Assembly: GCA_038851325.1 (NCBI GenBank) | Contig: JAWCKZ010000006.1 | Coordinates: forward strand, 1 to 50,804 | Source of the DNA: Candidatus Bilamarchaeaceae archaeon | Lineage (GTDB): Archaea; Micrarchaeota; Micrarchaeia; Anstonellales; Bilamarchaeaceae | Reading direction: 5' to 3' | DNA length: 50,804 nt | Shown: in pieces, positions 38,970-48,992 of the stretch | How the letters are laid out: each line of letters starts with the position of its first letter | Numbering within the stretch: the first letter of the stretch is position 1 | Program-made: the position numbers and the translations under genes | Notes under the pieces: model-generated | What the model was told of the DNA's origin: nothing | Database searches by the model: none | What the model saw: the letters and a program-made list of their open reading frames with translations, nothing else

Positions 38970-39535
38970 TCACTAGCGCTGAGAGCGTCCTCTATTTCTT
39001 TTCTAAACGTAACAAACCGTTCACTCTTCAACATCCATTTGAGGGTGCGGTATGCTATCTCGTTGTTACGCTGCCCTAAAGCTTCTATTGCTTTTGCTAT
39101 TACAGCGCGATCATTTTCAGAGCGGAGGAGTACGGAAATAGCGCTAGCAATCTTATTATCATCGTCCCTCAGTTTGCCAAGCGTCTCTACGGTTATCTCT
39201 CTGACGTACGGTTTCTTTGATAAAAGGAGCACACCAAGCCTTTTGTATATCTCGTTTTTAAATTGATTGTCTATGTCTGGTGAGTAGAGATATTTTTGTC
39301 TAAGCTCAACCTGCTCCTTAGCCCATAAGCGTACTTCAGGATATTCGTGACTAAGGAGGCTAATAGCAGCGAGTAGGGAAAGGGGATGGTCCAATCTGCT
39401 AAGCGCCGCGGTTGCCTTAGGTACCTTGTTCACATCTCCTTCAACTATATCCTTATAGAGGGATTTTATTTTTCTTTTTTTCCACCATGCTACAAGCGCA
39501 GTTATTGGATTGATAGACCCCTGCATTTTGTTCAT
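38951..39535 (-). CDS. HEAT-repeat protein
   Basis: Repeats LLSHEYPEVRLWA, LLLSKKPYVREITVETLG, LLRSENDRAVIAKAIEALG. Confidence 0.75.
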   Translation of the reverse strand: MNKMQGSINPITALVAWWKKRKIKSLYKDIVEGDVNKVPKATAALSRLDHPLSLLAAISLLSHEYPEVRLWAKEQVELRQKYLYSPDIDNQFKNEIYKRLGVLLLSKKPYVREITVETLGKLRDDDNKIASAISVLLRSENDRAVIAKAIEALGQRNNEIAYRTLKWMLKSERFVTFRKEIEDALSASDGLAGI

Positions 39536-39588
39536 GAATTTATAGTGTTGGAAAATGTTTAAATATATTGGCTATAATTGTGCTCGCG

Positions 39589-40488
39589 CTAATCGATTCT
39601 TGTAGCACTCTTTAACGGTTGTCTTGGCGTGACTCTCATAGTATCATCAAACAGGATATCCCTTATTTGTTCTCTAAATTGTTCGTATTTTCTATTACAA
39701 TACATCTCCTTGAGTTTTTCCTCAGCAGGACGAAAACCTCTCGCGTCCCCAAGAATTTCAATCACTGTCTTCAAAGTTTCCTCGTCTATATTATTGGTAT
39801 CAAGTAGAGAAATGAGCCATGGCACAGTGATATTTGGTTTGTCTATGATGTAGATGGCTCTTAACGCAGTTAGTTTGTTTTGCAGTTTGTCATCATTTAA
39901 AGCGTCTTTGAGGCTGAGAATGTCCTTCTCCTTTAATACATCTTTGTATCTCTCTATTTGGATAAGAGTGTGTGCTCTTACGGCAGGCTTATCATCTGTA
40001 ATCAATTTCACAAGGTATTCAAATGAGTTGTTTTGCATACGTGCTTCAAGCGACCACAGAACATCTAATATAGAGGAGATTACGTGCTCATTAGTCTCCT
40101 TTTCCAACTGCACCAGGAGGACATCGCGCACGAATTCATTCGGACCAAACGCGCCTAAGACCTCTACAGCACCAGCACGTATCTCAGGTACGTTTATATC
40201 TAAAAAACTCGCCAACTTTAGAAGGTCATCGTCCGTTATGTCTCCAACCATTTTCTTAAGTATTCCAATCCCAAAGTTGCGAACCTCCCTTTCGGAAGAA
40301 CATAACGCCTTCATTGCAACCTTTTTCTTCAACTCTGGTTCTGCTGTTTCAAATAATTTCATGTTCTGGTGGCAGATTGGTTCAGGACTAAGAAGCGCCT
40401 TCTTAAGCGCATTGGCGATATCGCGCACGGTTGCGGTGTCATGGTTCTTTTCTATGCTTTCTGTTTTTCCTATACTTCTGGAGCGCAT
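39589..40488 (-). CDS. HEAT-repeat protein
   Basis: Repeats LCSSEREVRNFG, LDINVPEIRAGAVEVLG, LITDDKPAVRA, LNDDKLQNKLTAL. Confidence 0.8.
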   Translation of the reverse strand: MRSRSIGKTESIEKNHDTATVRDIANALKKALLSPEPICHQNMKLFETAEPELKKKVAMKALCSSEREVRNFGIGILKKMVGDITDDDLLKLASFLDINVPEIRAGAVEVLGAFGPNEFVRDVLLVQLEKETNEHVISSILDVLWSLEARMQNNSFEYLVKLITDDKPAVRAHTLIQIERYKDVLKEKDILSLKDALNDDKLQNKLTALRAIYIIDKPNITVPWLISLLDTNNIDEETLKTVIEILGDARGFRPAEEKLKEMYCNRKYEQFREQIRDILFDDTMRVTPRQPLKSATRID

Positions 40489-40555
40489 GGTATATATGGA
40501 TAAATAAGCTATAAAAATTCTGCTGAAAGCTTAGAAATGCATTTATCATTCGTTG

Positions 40556-42265
40556 CTAAAATCCAAATATCTTTCTGAGGGTTTTCAGTGGGAGAGTGTT
40601 CAACATATCTTTCCTTTCGCACCACCCTCGCCTGGCCTGCGCTATTCCAAATTCCATAAATCTCATCTGATTCTTCTCGTGCGCATCCGTTCCAAGACTA
40701 AATTTTATCTTGCCCCTGGATTTAAATATGTGGACGTGATCCAGGTCAAGTCTCTCAGGGCAGGCGTTTATTTCTAAGATTGTGCCAGTGCGCCTTGCTG
40801 CATCGAGCACCTCATCAAAATCAAAATCGATAGGCGGTCTTGAACCGATAAGCCTTCCTGTCGGATGCGCTATTATGTCTATATGTTCGTTCTCTATTGC
40901 AGCGATTATCCGTTTCGTCATTTCTTTTTTTGGCATCTTGAATTTTGTATGTATTCCAGTAATTGCGATATCAAGTGTCTTCAGCGTAGCATTGCTAACA
41001 TCTATAGAGCCATCCTCCTTTATGTTCGTCTCGCATCCCTTTAGAAGAGTAATCCCGTCAAGTTTTTTGTTCAACGCATCTATCGCCTTTCCCTGTTCAA
41101 GTATTTTGTTCTCGTTCATACAGCGAGCAATTGGTACAAGCGAGCCTCCATGGTCCGATATGAGTACGTACTCGTAACCAAGGTTCTTAGCTTCCATGGC
41201 CATTTCTTCAAGGCTGTTTCGTCCTTCGCTCCAGTTTGTGTGAACATGGAGATCACCGCGAACATCTTTTAATTCTACGAGTTGAGGCAAATTTCCTCTT
41301 ATCGCTGCCTCTATCTCGCCCATATTTTCGCGAAGTTCCGGAGGTATCCATTGCTTGAGCCCAAGTTTTTCATAAACTTCCTCCTCTGTTCTACCGGCTA
41401 TCTTTTTTTCTTTTTTGAAAAGACCATACTCCGAGAGTTTCATACCTTTTGACATTGCGTAGGTACGGAGAGCTATATTATGCTCTTTAGAACCTGTGAA
41501 GTAAAGCATGGCCGAACCATAGGATGTGGGCTCAAGAACACGGAGGTCAACATGAAGCCCATTGCTGAGAAGAATAGATGATTTTGTGAGGCCTTTAGCA
41601 AGAACAGTAACAGGCTTTTCTATGTTTACAAAAAAGTCCATCACCTTTCCAGGATTCTTTGAGACGACGAGTATATCCAAGTCCCCCACAGTTTCCTTTC
41701 GTCTTCTATAAGAGCCAACGATCTCGAGTGCTTCCACTTCTTTGAGAGCGCGTAGCTTTCGCTCAAACTCTTGCGCTATGGGTGTTATCTGAGAGAGCAG
41801 CATTCGTTTTCCGCTGCTGGCCGCAAGTTCTATACCCTCGGCTAGCTTCTGTTCGCTCTTTTCTCCAAAGCCAGGGAGCTCGCGGATCTTATGCTGCTCA
41901 ACTGCTTTTTTAAGGTCATCCAAGTTTCTGATGCCAAGCATTTTATAGAGTGTAATCGCTCTTTTTGGGCCAAGTCCTTCGATACGACCTAAAGATTCAA
42001 AATCAATGGGGAATTCTTTTTTCAAATCGTCGTAATACTTCATTCTACCGGTTTCTAAATATTCTGCAATTCTCATTGCTATGTGAGAGCCAACACCAGG
42101 GATCTTCTCAAGCTCTCCTCTCTTCCAAACAGATGTTATGTCTTCAGGTAGTTCTTCAATTGCTCGTGCTGCTTTTCTGTACGCAACAGGTTTAAACTGA
42201 ACATTCTGCGCCTCGAGCATGTCCGCAATCTCGTAGAGAATTCGTGCAACTTCAAGGTTTTTCAT
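40556..42265 (-). CDS. polX: DNA polymerase X / PHP 3'-5' exonuclease
   Basis: AYRKAA, IPGVG HhH, GSYRRRKETVGDLDIL, VDLR, YFTGSKEHN, PHP motifs DLHVHT, SDH, AHP, TDAH. Confidence 0.95.
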   Translation of the reverse strand: MKNLEVARILYEIADMLEAQNVQFKPVAYRKAARAIEELPEDITSVWKRGELEKIPGVGSHIAMRIAEYLETGRMKYYDDLKKEFPIDFESLGRIEGLGPKRAITLYKMLGIRNLDDLKKAVEQHKIRELPGFGEKSEQKLAEGIELAASSGKRMLLSQITPIAQEFERKLRALKEVEALEIVGSYRRRKETVGDLDILVVSKNPGKVMDFFVNIEKPVTVLAKGLTKSSILLSNGLHVDLRVLEPTSYGSAMLYFTGSKEHNIALRTYAMSKGMKLSEYGLFKKEKKIAGRTEEEVYEKLGLKQWIPPELRENMGEIEAAIRGNLPQLVELKDVRGDLHVHTNWSEGRNSLEEMAMEAKNLGYEYVLISDHGGSLVPIARCMNENKILEQGKAIDALNKKLDGITLLKGCETNIKEDGSIDVSNATLKTLDIAITGIHTKFKMPKKEMTKRIIAAIENEHIDIIAHPTGRLIGSRPPIDFDFDEVLDAARRTGTILEINACPERLDLDHVHIFKSRGKIKFSLGTDAHEKNQMRFMEFGIAQARRGWCERKDMLNTLPLKTLRKIFGF

Positions 42266-42364
42266 AATGCTGTTTGGGGGATTAAATTTTTAGTGTTATC
42301 ACAGAAGAACAAGGAAAAACGTTTTCGCGTGTATTTAAATAGTTTCTTAAGTCTATTAATAGTG

Positions 42365-43660
42365 ATGCTAGGAGAGAAACTACGAGAGGCGATAGCAAAG
42401 CTTACAGGCAAGCATTATGTTGACGAACAGGCAGTGAAATCGCTGATTAAGGATTTACAGCGGGTGCTTATCGCATCTGATGTAAATGTTAAGCTTGTTT
42501 CCGAGCTTTCAAAGCGGATAGAGGAAAGGGCGCTGAAGACAGAGAAGAAGGAGGCGCTCACGCTCAAAGAGCACGTTGTAAAGGTGGTTTATGACGAGCT
42601 TGTGCATCTTATGGGCGAGGGCTATTTGCCCCGTGTTGACCGCCATCGAGTCTTGCTTTGCGGCTTATACGGCAGCGGAAAAACAACGACAGCAGCGAAG
42701 CTGGCGAAATTTTACAAGTCCCGTGGATTAAGCGTTCTTCTCGTTGGCGCGGATGTCGACAGACCTGCTGCGCAGGAGCAGCTTAGACAACTTTCAGAAA
42801 AGGTAGGTGCAAGGTTTTTCGCGGAAACCAAGAGCGCAGCAGAGATAACAGAGCGTGCGCTTTCGACTGCAAAGGAAGACGTTGTCATTGTGGACTCTGC
42901 CGGAAGAAGTGCGTTTGATGAGCAGCTTGCTTCGGAACTAAAGGCGGTCTATGACGCTCTTAAGCCAGACGAGGTTTTCCTTGTGATGAGCGCTGACATA
43001 GGGCAGGTTGCAGGAAAACAGGCAGAGGAATTCGGGAAAATCGTTCCAATAAGCGGGGTCATTGTCACGAGAATGGACGGAAGCGGAAAGGGCGGTGGTG
43101 CACTGAGCGCAGTTGCGGCAACAGGAGCGAAGATCGCATTCATTGGTGTCGGAGAAAAGCTTGAGGATTTTGAGGTATACAAGCCTGATAAGTTTGTAGG
43201 CAGGCTTCTTGGCATGCCTGACATCGAAAGCCTGATGGAAAAGATAAAGCAGGTTGCCAAGGAAGAGGAAATAAAGAAACTTGAAACAGAGGAACTGACG
43301 ATAGAAACATTCTACGAGCAGCTGAAATCCGCAAAGAAGCTTGGCCCGCTGGGCAATGTATTCTCCATGCTTGGCGTTTCGAACGTTCCGAAAGAGCTCA
43401 TTCAGCAGAGCGAGGAGAAGATGAAAAAATACGAGGCGATGATAAACTCCATGACTAAGCAGGAGAAAAAAGACCCGAAGCTCATCCGCTCGAGCAAAAC
43501 GCGGCTTGCACGGATTGCACGCGGCTCAGGCTGTTCTGAAGCCGACATTCGTGAATTTCTTAATCAGTTCGAGAAGGTTGAAAGGATGATGAAAAGGTTC
43601 AAGCATGACCGGGGCTTCAGGGCGCAGATGGAAAAAATGATGAAGGGGATGGCGATTTGA
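42365..43660 (+). CDS. srp54: Signal recognition particle protein SRP54
   Basis: GLYGSGKTTT, DVDRPAA, DSAGR, GKGGGALSA, M-domain SMT...RIARGSG. ATG at 42365 preferred. Confidence 0.93.
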   Translation: MLGEKLREAIAKLTGKHYVDEQAVKSLIKDLQRVLIASDVNVKLVSELSKRIEERALKTEKKEALTLKEHVVKVVYDELVHLMGEGYLPRVDRHRVLLCGLYGSGKTTTAAKLAKFYKSRGLSVLLVGADVDRPAAQEQLRQLSEKVGARFFAETKSAAEITERALSTAKEDVVIVDSAGRSAFDEQLASELKAVYDALKPDEVFLVMSADIGQVAGKQAEEFGKIVPISGVIVTRMDGSGKGGGALSAVAATGAKIAFIGVGEKLEDFEVYKPDKFVGRLLGMPDIESLMEKIKQVAKEEEIKKLETEELTIETFYEQLKSAKKLGPLGNVFSMLGVSNVPKELIQQSEEKMKKYEAMINSMTKQEKKDPKLIRSSKTRLARIARGSGCSEADIREFLNQFEKVERMMKRFKHDRGFRAQMEKMMKGMAI

Positions 43661-44961
43661 TGTTCGGGACTTCAGGAATAAGAGGGATTTACGGCACCGA
43701 AATAACTGAAAATCTTGCTCTTCTCCTTTCCAATGTTTTTGCCGATTCCGATATGGTGGTCGGCAGGGATACAAGAAAAACAGGATTGCCGCTTTCCCAT
43801 GCTGTTTTTTCCGGTGTGACATCTGCCGGACGAAATGCGGTGGACCTTGGCATCGTGCCGACGCCCACTGTCGCACTTGCCACAAAGCTGAAGGTTGCAC
43901 GGGGAATAATGATCACTGCTTCCCATAATCCCCCAGAATACAATGGCCTTAAGTTCATAGAGCGAGGGTTGGAGGTTCCAAAGAAAACAGAAAAGATAAT
44001 AGAAGCGAAATACCGAAACAAGGAGATTAAACTTGTCGGGTGGGACAAAGTTGGAAAGGTTTTTGTTGACAGCTCGTTCATCGAAAAGCACAAGGAATTC
44101 GTGAAGGGACTTGTTGAAATATCACGAGGCAAAAGGCCAAAAGTGGTTATTGATTCGAATGGTGCAGGCGCAGTCATCACGCCCTCGTTGCTTAGAGAAC
44201 TTGGGTGTGAGGTCATAAGCATAAACGACAGCCTAGAGAGCTTTTCAAGACCGTCAGAGCCGAATGCAAAAAATCTGGAAGGACTTTCAAGAAAGATAAA
44301 AGAGACAGGTGCAGATTTTGGAATAGGCCATGATGGCGATGCTGATCGTTGCGTAATTCTTGACGAAAATGGTGAGATGCTTCCGTTCGATGTCCAGCTT
44401 TCTATTATGATTGAACATGAGCTTTCAAAATCCAAAAACAAAAAAATTGTCTCGACAATCGAGTCGTCCCTGATTATCCGGGAAACGGTCGAGAAAAATG
44501 GTGGCAGGCTTATCGTTACGCCTGTCGGCAGTGTTTATGTGGGTGAGACGCTCGAGAAGGAAGGGGCAGTTTTTGGAGGAGAGCCGTGCGGGGAATACAT
44601 CTATCAGCATGGCGTTCATGTCCCTGATGCAATCCTCGCGGCAGCCAAATTCCTTGAGATCTACTTAGAAAAAGGGAAATTCTCTGAGCTAAGGAAAAGG
44701 TATAAGACCTATTCCATCCACAGGGATAAATTCCAGGCATCGAACAAGGAAAGGTCTATGGAGAGAATCAAATCCATGATAAAAACCGGAGGAAAAATCA
44801 ACGACGAGGACGGCATCCGCGTGGACGAGGATGACGGTTGGTTCCTCATAAGACCTTCAGGGACAGAACCGGTAATAAGATTAACTATGGAATATAAGGA
44901 TGAAACAAAACTCAAAAAACGAAAGAAAGAAGTGGAAGATATAATAAGAAAAAATATCTAG
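43657..44961 (+). CDS. Phosphoglucosamine mutase / phosphomannomutase family
   Basis: FGTSGIRG, ITASHNPPEYNG, DGDADR, GGEPCG, RPSGTEP. Confidence 0.92.
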   Translation: MMFGTSGIRGIYGTEITENLALLLSNVFADSDMVVGRDTRKTGLPLSHAVFSGVTSAGRNAVDLGIVPTPTVALATKLKVARGIMITASHNPPEYNGLKFIERGLEVPKKTEKIIEAKYRNKEIKLVGWDKVGKVFVDSSFIEKHKEFVKGLVEISRGKRPKVVIDSNGAGAVITPSLLRELGCEVISINDSLESFSRPSEPNAKNLEGLSRKIKETGADFGIGHDGDADRCVILDENGEMLPFDVQLSIMIEHELSKSKNKKIVSTIESSLIIRETVEKNGGRLIVTPVGSVYVGETLEKEGAVFGGEPCGEYIYQHGVHVPDAILAAAKFLEIYLEKGKFSELRKRYKTYSIHRDKFQASNKERSMERIKSMIKTGGKINDEDGIRVDEDDGWFLIRPSGTEPVIRLTMEYKDETKLKKRKKEVEDIIRKNI

Positions 44962-45002
44962 TTTGCGTATGCAGTTTTAAATCTTTCAACTGATGGTAAA
45001 GT

Positions 45003-45171
45003 GAGCCTGTTGCAAATTATCTCGTGGAATACAGGACAAGACTGCGCGGCCAAAGGGAGCGCCCGCTTAACCTTAAGAAAACCATATTAGTATTCTATAA
45101 GAAAGGAAAGCGAGTGGCAGCCTTGTCGCGTGACGAGCGCCCATAAGTAAACATCGTAATTTGCAACACCC
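45003..45171. mobile_element. TIR-bounded structured repeat, copy 1 (MITE-like or ncRNA)
   Basis: Perfect 12-bp IR TGTTGCAAATTA (45008-45019) / TAATTTGCAACA (45157-45168); homologous to 48645-48834. Confidence 0.65.
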
Positions 45172-45219
45172 TGGGTAAAGTACTTACGATATAAACGCGC
45201 GTGGATGGCCACTTTATCT

Positions 45220-45558
45220 TCAATCTTTATGTCTTAGGAATCTTTGCCATCTCTCTTCTGCTTCCTCCAGCCATCCCTTTCCTTTTTCTTTTTTTACAGG
45301 TTCTGGTTCCTTCTTCTCTTTATCCTCTTTCTTGCCCTTTGCTGCCTCTTTTTCTTTTTTGTATTTTTTTCCTTCTTCTTCGAGCCATGCCATTGTCTCA
45401 GCATCGATTGCCATGGGAATGCCTGGTTTGGCCGGCGGTTCTAATCTTTTTGCATTAAGCGGGCATTCGACTAAGCATTTTCCTGTCTCTGTGCATACAA
45501 GTTCTTTTCCGTTTTTCGTATCCACAATCTTTGCCTTTTCGCACCTTACAGCCGGCAT
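45220..45558 (-). CDS. Small hypothetical protein (4 Cys N-terminal, K/E-rich C-terminal)
   Basis: ATG at 45558 with AGGTGA SD and an upstream TATA-like element. Confidence 0.6.
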   Translation of the reverse strand: MPAVRCEKAKIVDTKNGKELVCTETGKCLVECPLNAKRLEPPAKPGIPMAIDAETMAWLEEEGKKYKKEKEAAKGKKEDKEKKEPEPVKKEKGKGWLEEAEERWQRFLRHKD

Positions 45559-45737
45559 GTTCTCACCTATGTCTTTACCTATTTTATTTGTGCTTACATC
45601 TATGTTATTTTCTGGTACAAAGTTTTTATAAATGTTGCCGAAGGTGGAAAATGTGGAAAATGATATAGAAAGAAAACTGATGGGAAAAAGAGCGCCATGG
45701 AAAAAGAATGTTAGAAACAAAAATAAAGAAAAAATTA

Positions 45738-47714
45738 TCAGCCGAGAAGCCCGAGCGAATTGGCAACGAGAGCGCCTGCGAAGACAAGCGAGACCGTGTT
45801 CAGCACCTTAATCAGCGCATTCAGCGCAGGGCCTGCAGTGTCCTTGAGCGGGTCTCCAACAGTATCGCCGATTACTGCAGCCTTATGCGGCTCGCTTCCT
45901 TTTCCTCCGAATACCCCTGTTTCGATGTATTTCTTCGCATTATCCCACGACGCGCCTGCAGTACACATCATCAGGGCTAAGAGAAAACCGCTTGCTATCG
46001 CGCCTGTAAGCAGCCCACCGACCGCAGCAGTTCCAAAGAGATAGCCGACAACCAGCGGAGCGAATACTGCAATTATTCCTGGAAGAGCAAGTTCGCGAAG
46101 CGCAGTGGCAGTGCTTATGTCAACGCATTTTGCATAGTCTGCCTTTGCCTTTCCTTCCATCAAGCCCTTGATTTCTCTGAACTGCCTTCGAACCTCTTCC
46201 ACTATCTCGAACGCAGCCCTGCCGACCGCTCTCATAAGCAGGCTTGAGAATATGAAAGGAAGAAGGGCACCAATGAACAAACCAATGACAACTGGCGCTG
46301 AAAGTAAGGTCAGGTGCGCAGCTTCCAAACGGCTTTCAGTTGCGAATGCAACGAATAGTGCAAGGGCACCAAGTGCAGCACCGCCGATTGCGAATCCCTT
46401 TGTCGTTGCCTTTGTTGTGTTGCCAGCTGCGTCAAGCGCATCTGTTACCTTTCGCACTTTTTCAGGAAGGCCTGACATTTCAGCAATCCCGCCTGCATTG
46501 TCTGTTATTGGTCCGTAAGAATCAACCGCAATTACAATCCCGCTGAGCGAGAGCATGACTGCAGCAGCAAGCGCAACGCCATAAAGCCCTGCGAGATAGT
46601 AAGAAAGTGCTATCGCGATGACTACCACGACCACAGGTAGAAGGGTTGATTCCATACCAACTGCAAGTCCTGTAATTAGGTTTGTTGCTGCACCTGTTTT
46701 CGATGCCTCTGCTATTGAACGCACCGGCCTGTAAGCCGTTCCGGTGTAATATTCTGTTATAAGGAATAACAACAGTGTTACGAAAATACCTATCGCTGCT
46801 ACATAAAGATATGCTGACAATCCTGTGTATGCATAAACTCCTAAGAGCATAATGATTGCAGTTGCTATTATCCCTTTGTAGAATGCGCCCATTATGTTCC
46901 TACCATTTCCAAGCCTTACGAAAAGCGAGCCGACTATTCCGCCAAGCACGCCCAATGCCGCTATGCCAAGCGGAAGCATGACAAGCTCAACTGCGCTTCC
47001 AAGAAGCATGGCCGCTATGACTGTAACAACGAATGATTCGAAAACATCTGCAGCCATTCCTGCGCAATCCCCTACGTTATCACCAACGTTATCTGCTATC
47101 ACTGCTGGGTTTCTCGGGTCGTCTTCAGGTATTCCTTTCTCCACCTTTCCAACAAGGTCTGCTCCTACATCTGCTGCCTTTGTGTATATTCCGCCTCCGA
47201 CACGCGCGAATAGCGAAATCAGCGAAGCACCAAAGCCGTATCCAATAAGCGGTGCAATATTTCCAAATATTATATACAGAACACTCAACCCAATCAACCC
47301 AAGACCCACGAGAGCCATTCCAGTTACCGCTCCTCCTCGGAATGCAAGGGAGAGCGCCTTTTCAAGCCCACCCTTTGCTGCCTCAGCAACTCGAACGTTT
47401 CCGCGCACTGCGGTCTGCATTCCAATATAACCAGCAAGCGCAGATGAAAGCACACCGACAAGGAAGGCAAGCGCGGTCTCCATGTTTACAACATAATAAA
47501 TTGCTGCAAAAAGCACGATTACAATAGGTAAAAGCGTCTTGTATTGCCGCATCAAAAATGCGTTCGCGCCTTCCTGAATTGCTCCTGAAATCTCCTGCAT
47601 TTTTTCGCTGCCCTTTGGCGCCCGGAGCACGCTTCCAGTGAGCACTGCAGCGTAAGCCAGTGCGGCAATTCCGGTTGCCAATGCAAAATAAACCTCTGCT
47701 ATTCCAAATATCAT
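45738..47714 (-). CDS. hppA: Membrane H+-translocating pyrophosphatase, K+-independent signature
   Basis: GGGIYTKAADVGADLVGKVE, DDPRNPAVIADNVGDNVGD, GNTTKA (Lys = K+-independent), WDNAKK, GDTVGDPLKDT. Confidence 0.95.
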   Translation of the reverse strand: MIFGIAEVYFALATGIAALAYAAVLTGSVLRAPKGSEKMQEISGAIQEGANAFLMRQYKTLLPIVIVLFAAIYYVVNMETALAFLVGVLSSALAGYIGMQTAVRGNVRVAEAAKGGLEKALSLAFRGGAVTGMALVGLGLIGLSVLYIIFGNIAPLIGYGFGASLISLFARVGGGIYTKAADVGADLVGKVEKGIPEDDPRNPAVIADNVGDNVGDCAGMAADVFESFVVTVIAAMLLGSAVELVMLPLGIAALGVLGGIVGSLFVRLGNGRNIMGAFYKGIIATAIIMLLGVYAYTGLSAYLYVAAIGIFVTLLLFLITEYYTGTAYRPVRSIAEASKTGAATNLITGLAVGMESTLLPVVVVVIAIALSYYLAGLYGVALAAAVMLSLSGIVIAVDSYGPITDNAGGIAEMSGLPEKVRKVTDALDAAGNTTKATTKGFAIGGAALGALALFVAFATESRLEAAHLTLLSAPVVIGLFIGALLPFIFSSLLMRAVGRAAFEIVEEVRRQFREIKGLMEGKAKADYAKCVDISTATALRELALPGIIAVFAPLVVGYLFGTAAVGGLLTGAIASGFLLALMMCTAGASWDNAKKYIETGVFGGKGSEPHKAAVIGDTVGDPLKDTAGPALNALIKVLNTVSLVFAGALVANSLGLLG

Positions 47715-47799
47715 GTACCCACCAACCTCTTATTGATTAGAAACTCTTAGAAGCAGAAGAAGGAAAAATTTATAAATGTTATCTTCGTGTTAGTGCCAA

Positions 47800-47885
47800 C
47801 CTTGAACTGAAGCGAAATGCAGAAATGCATTTCGCTAATGGCAAACAAATGTAGTTTGCCATGAGTTGAACTGCAGTTCAAAAGG
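47800..47885 (+). promoter_or_regulatory. Multi-hairpin structured 5' leader
   Basis: AGCGAAATGC/GCATTTCGCT, ATGGCAAAC/GTTTGCCAT and TTGAACTG/CAGTTCAA stems; starts ~25 nt after TTTATAAA. Confidence 0.55.
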
Positions 47886-47903
47886 ATTTGAGGTGATGAA
47901 TGA

Positions 47904-48602
47904 ATGGAATTTAGTAATAAGGCGATCTTTGTCTTGCTGGGAGTCCTACTCCTGGGAAGCGGATTAGTGATGGCAATACCAGCACCAGCGCAGGTAGGTA
48001 CTCAGACCTTCCTTACAAGGTGGGAAGCTGGTCCAGCTGACACTGTGACCACTGAAGGTGGAAACATCAGCGTTCAGGGCATTACAGCGGGCAACACACT
48101 TACAGAAAAGTGGGCAGGCTTTTTTGGTAACCTGACTGCAGGTGGTGTCATACTTGCAGACAACGACTCTGGTAACAGCCTGTACGAATGGTCAGGCTCG
48201 ATTGATGGCTCAGTTGTTTGCCTGACATCAGGTACAACCTTTGACTGGGCGAATGCACAAGCAGGAACCGGTGCTAATGTCGATGCTCAGTGGGGCTTCA
48301 CGGCAACAGATATAGATTCCGGTACTAACACAGTCGGTACTGGAGGCTGCAACGTTTACTTCATAGGTCCAGGTACCATTAACGGAAATGTGATAAACCA
48401 CGCAGCTGGTTCTTTCGACACATGCGTGCTGGGAGAGTCAAACGTTTCATCCAAGGATGACATGGCGTTCTGTGTAAATGCTGACGACTCTGGTACCTCT
48501 TATACCGGTGCTGCTGCCAACTACGAGCTGATGGTTCCAACAAGCGAGGGTGTAGGCCCAGGACCGGCAGAGACGTACTACGTCTATGTAGAAGTTGCAT
48601 AA
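47904..48602 (+). CDS. Secreted beta-rich surface protein (232 aa)
   Basis: Signal peptide, G/T/S/N-rich, TEKWAGFFGN, several N-x-S/T sequons, GAGGTGA SD. Confidence 0.8.
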   Translation: MEFSNKAIFVLLGVLLLGSGLVMAIPAPAQVGTQTFLTRWEAGPADTVTTEGGNISVQGITAGNTLTEKWAGFFGNLTAGGVILADNDSGNSLYEWSGSIDGSVVCLTSGTTFDWANAQAGTGANVDAQWGFTATDIDSGTNTVGTGGCNVYFIGPGTINGNVINHAAGSFDTCVLGESNVSSKDDMAFCVNADDSGTSYTGAAANYELMVPTSEGVGPGPAETYYVYVEVA

Positions 48603-48608
48603 CGCCAT

Positions 48609-48640
48609 CTTTTTTCTTTTTTCTTCTTTTTTGTTGTTTC
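48609..48640 (+). terminator. Oligo-T archaeal terminator
   Basis: CTTTTTTCTTTTTTCTTCTTTTTTGTTGTTTC right after the stop codon. Confidence 0.6.
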
Positions 48641-48644
48641 AAAA

Positions 48645-48834
48645 GAGCCTGTTCGAATTATATCCGGAATACAGGAAAGACTGCCGAGTAAGACTGTGCG
48701 AGCAGAGGGAGCGCTCTGCTTGACCTTAAGAAAAGAAAACCGAAAACCGTATTAGTTAATTTATAAAAAAGGAAAGTGAGTAGCAGCCTTGCTGCATGAC
48801 GAGCGTATAAGTAGACATAGTAATTCGAAACACC
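48645..48834. mobile_element. TIR-bounded structured repeat, copy 2 (MITE-like or ncRNA)
   Basis: IR TGTTCGAATTA / TAATTCGAAACA; shares GGAATACAGGA, GGGAGCGC, CCTTAAGAAAA, GGAAAG.GAGT.GCAGCCTTG, TGACGAGCG and ATAAGTA.ACAT with copy 1. Confidence 0.65.
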
Positions 48835-48992
48835 TATTTCAAAATGCTGGTCTAGCCTAGAACAGGCTTGCTCTTTACTACATTTTTTGTAGAATCAGCT
48901 TCCCCCTGCGTCCATCAAATTGTCAAAAGCCATGAGGTAATATTTATAAATATTATGAGTGAAGGTATCTCGAAAAACGGGGTGCAAACGAA

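Noticed and set aside
45003..45171. Hammerhead ribozyme (TGACGAG and GAAA motifs)
   Set aside because: The core CUGANGA is not intact and the motif order and stems do not fit
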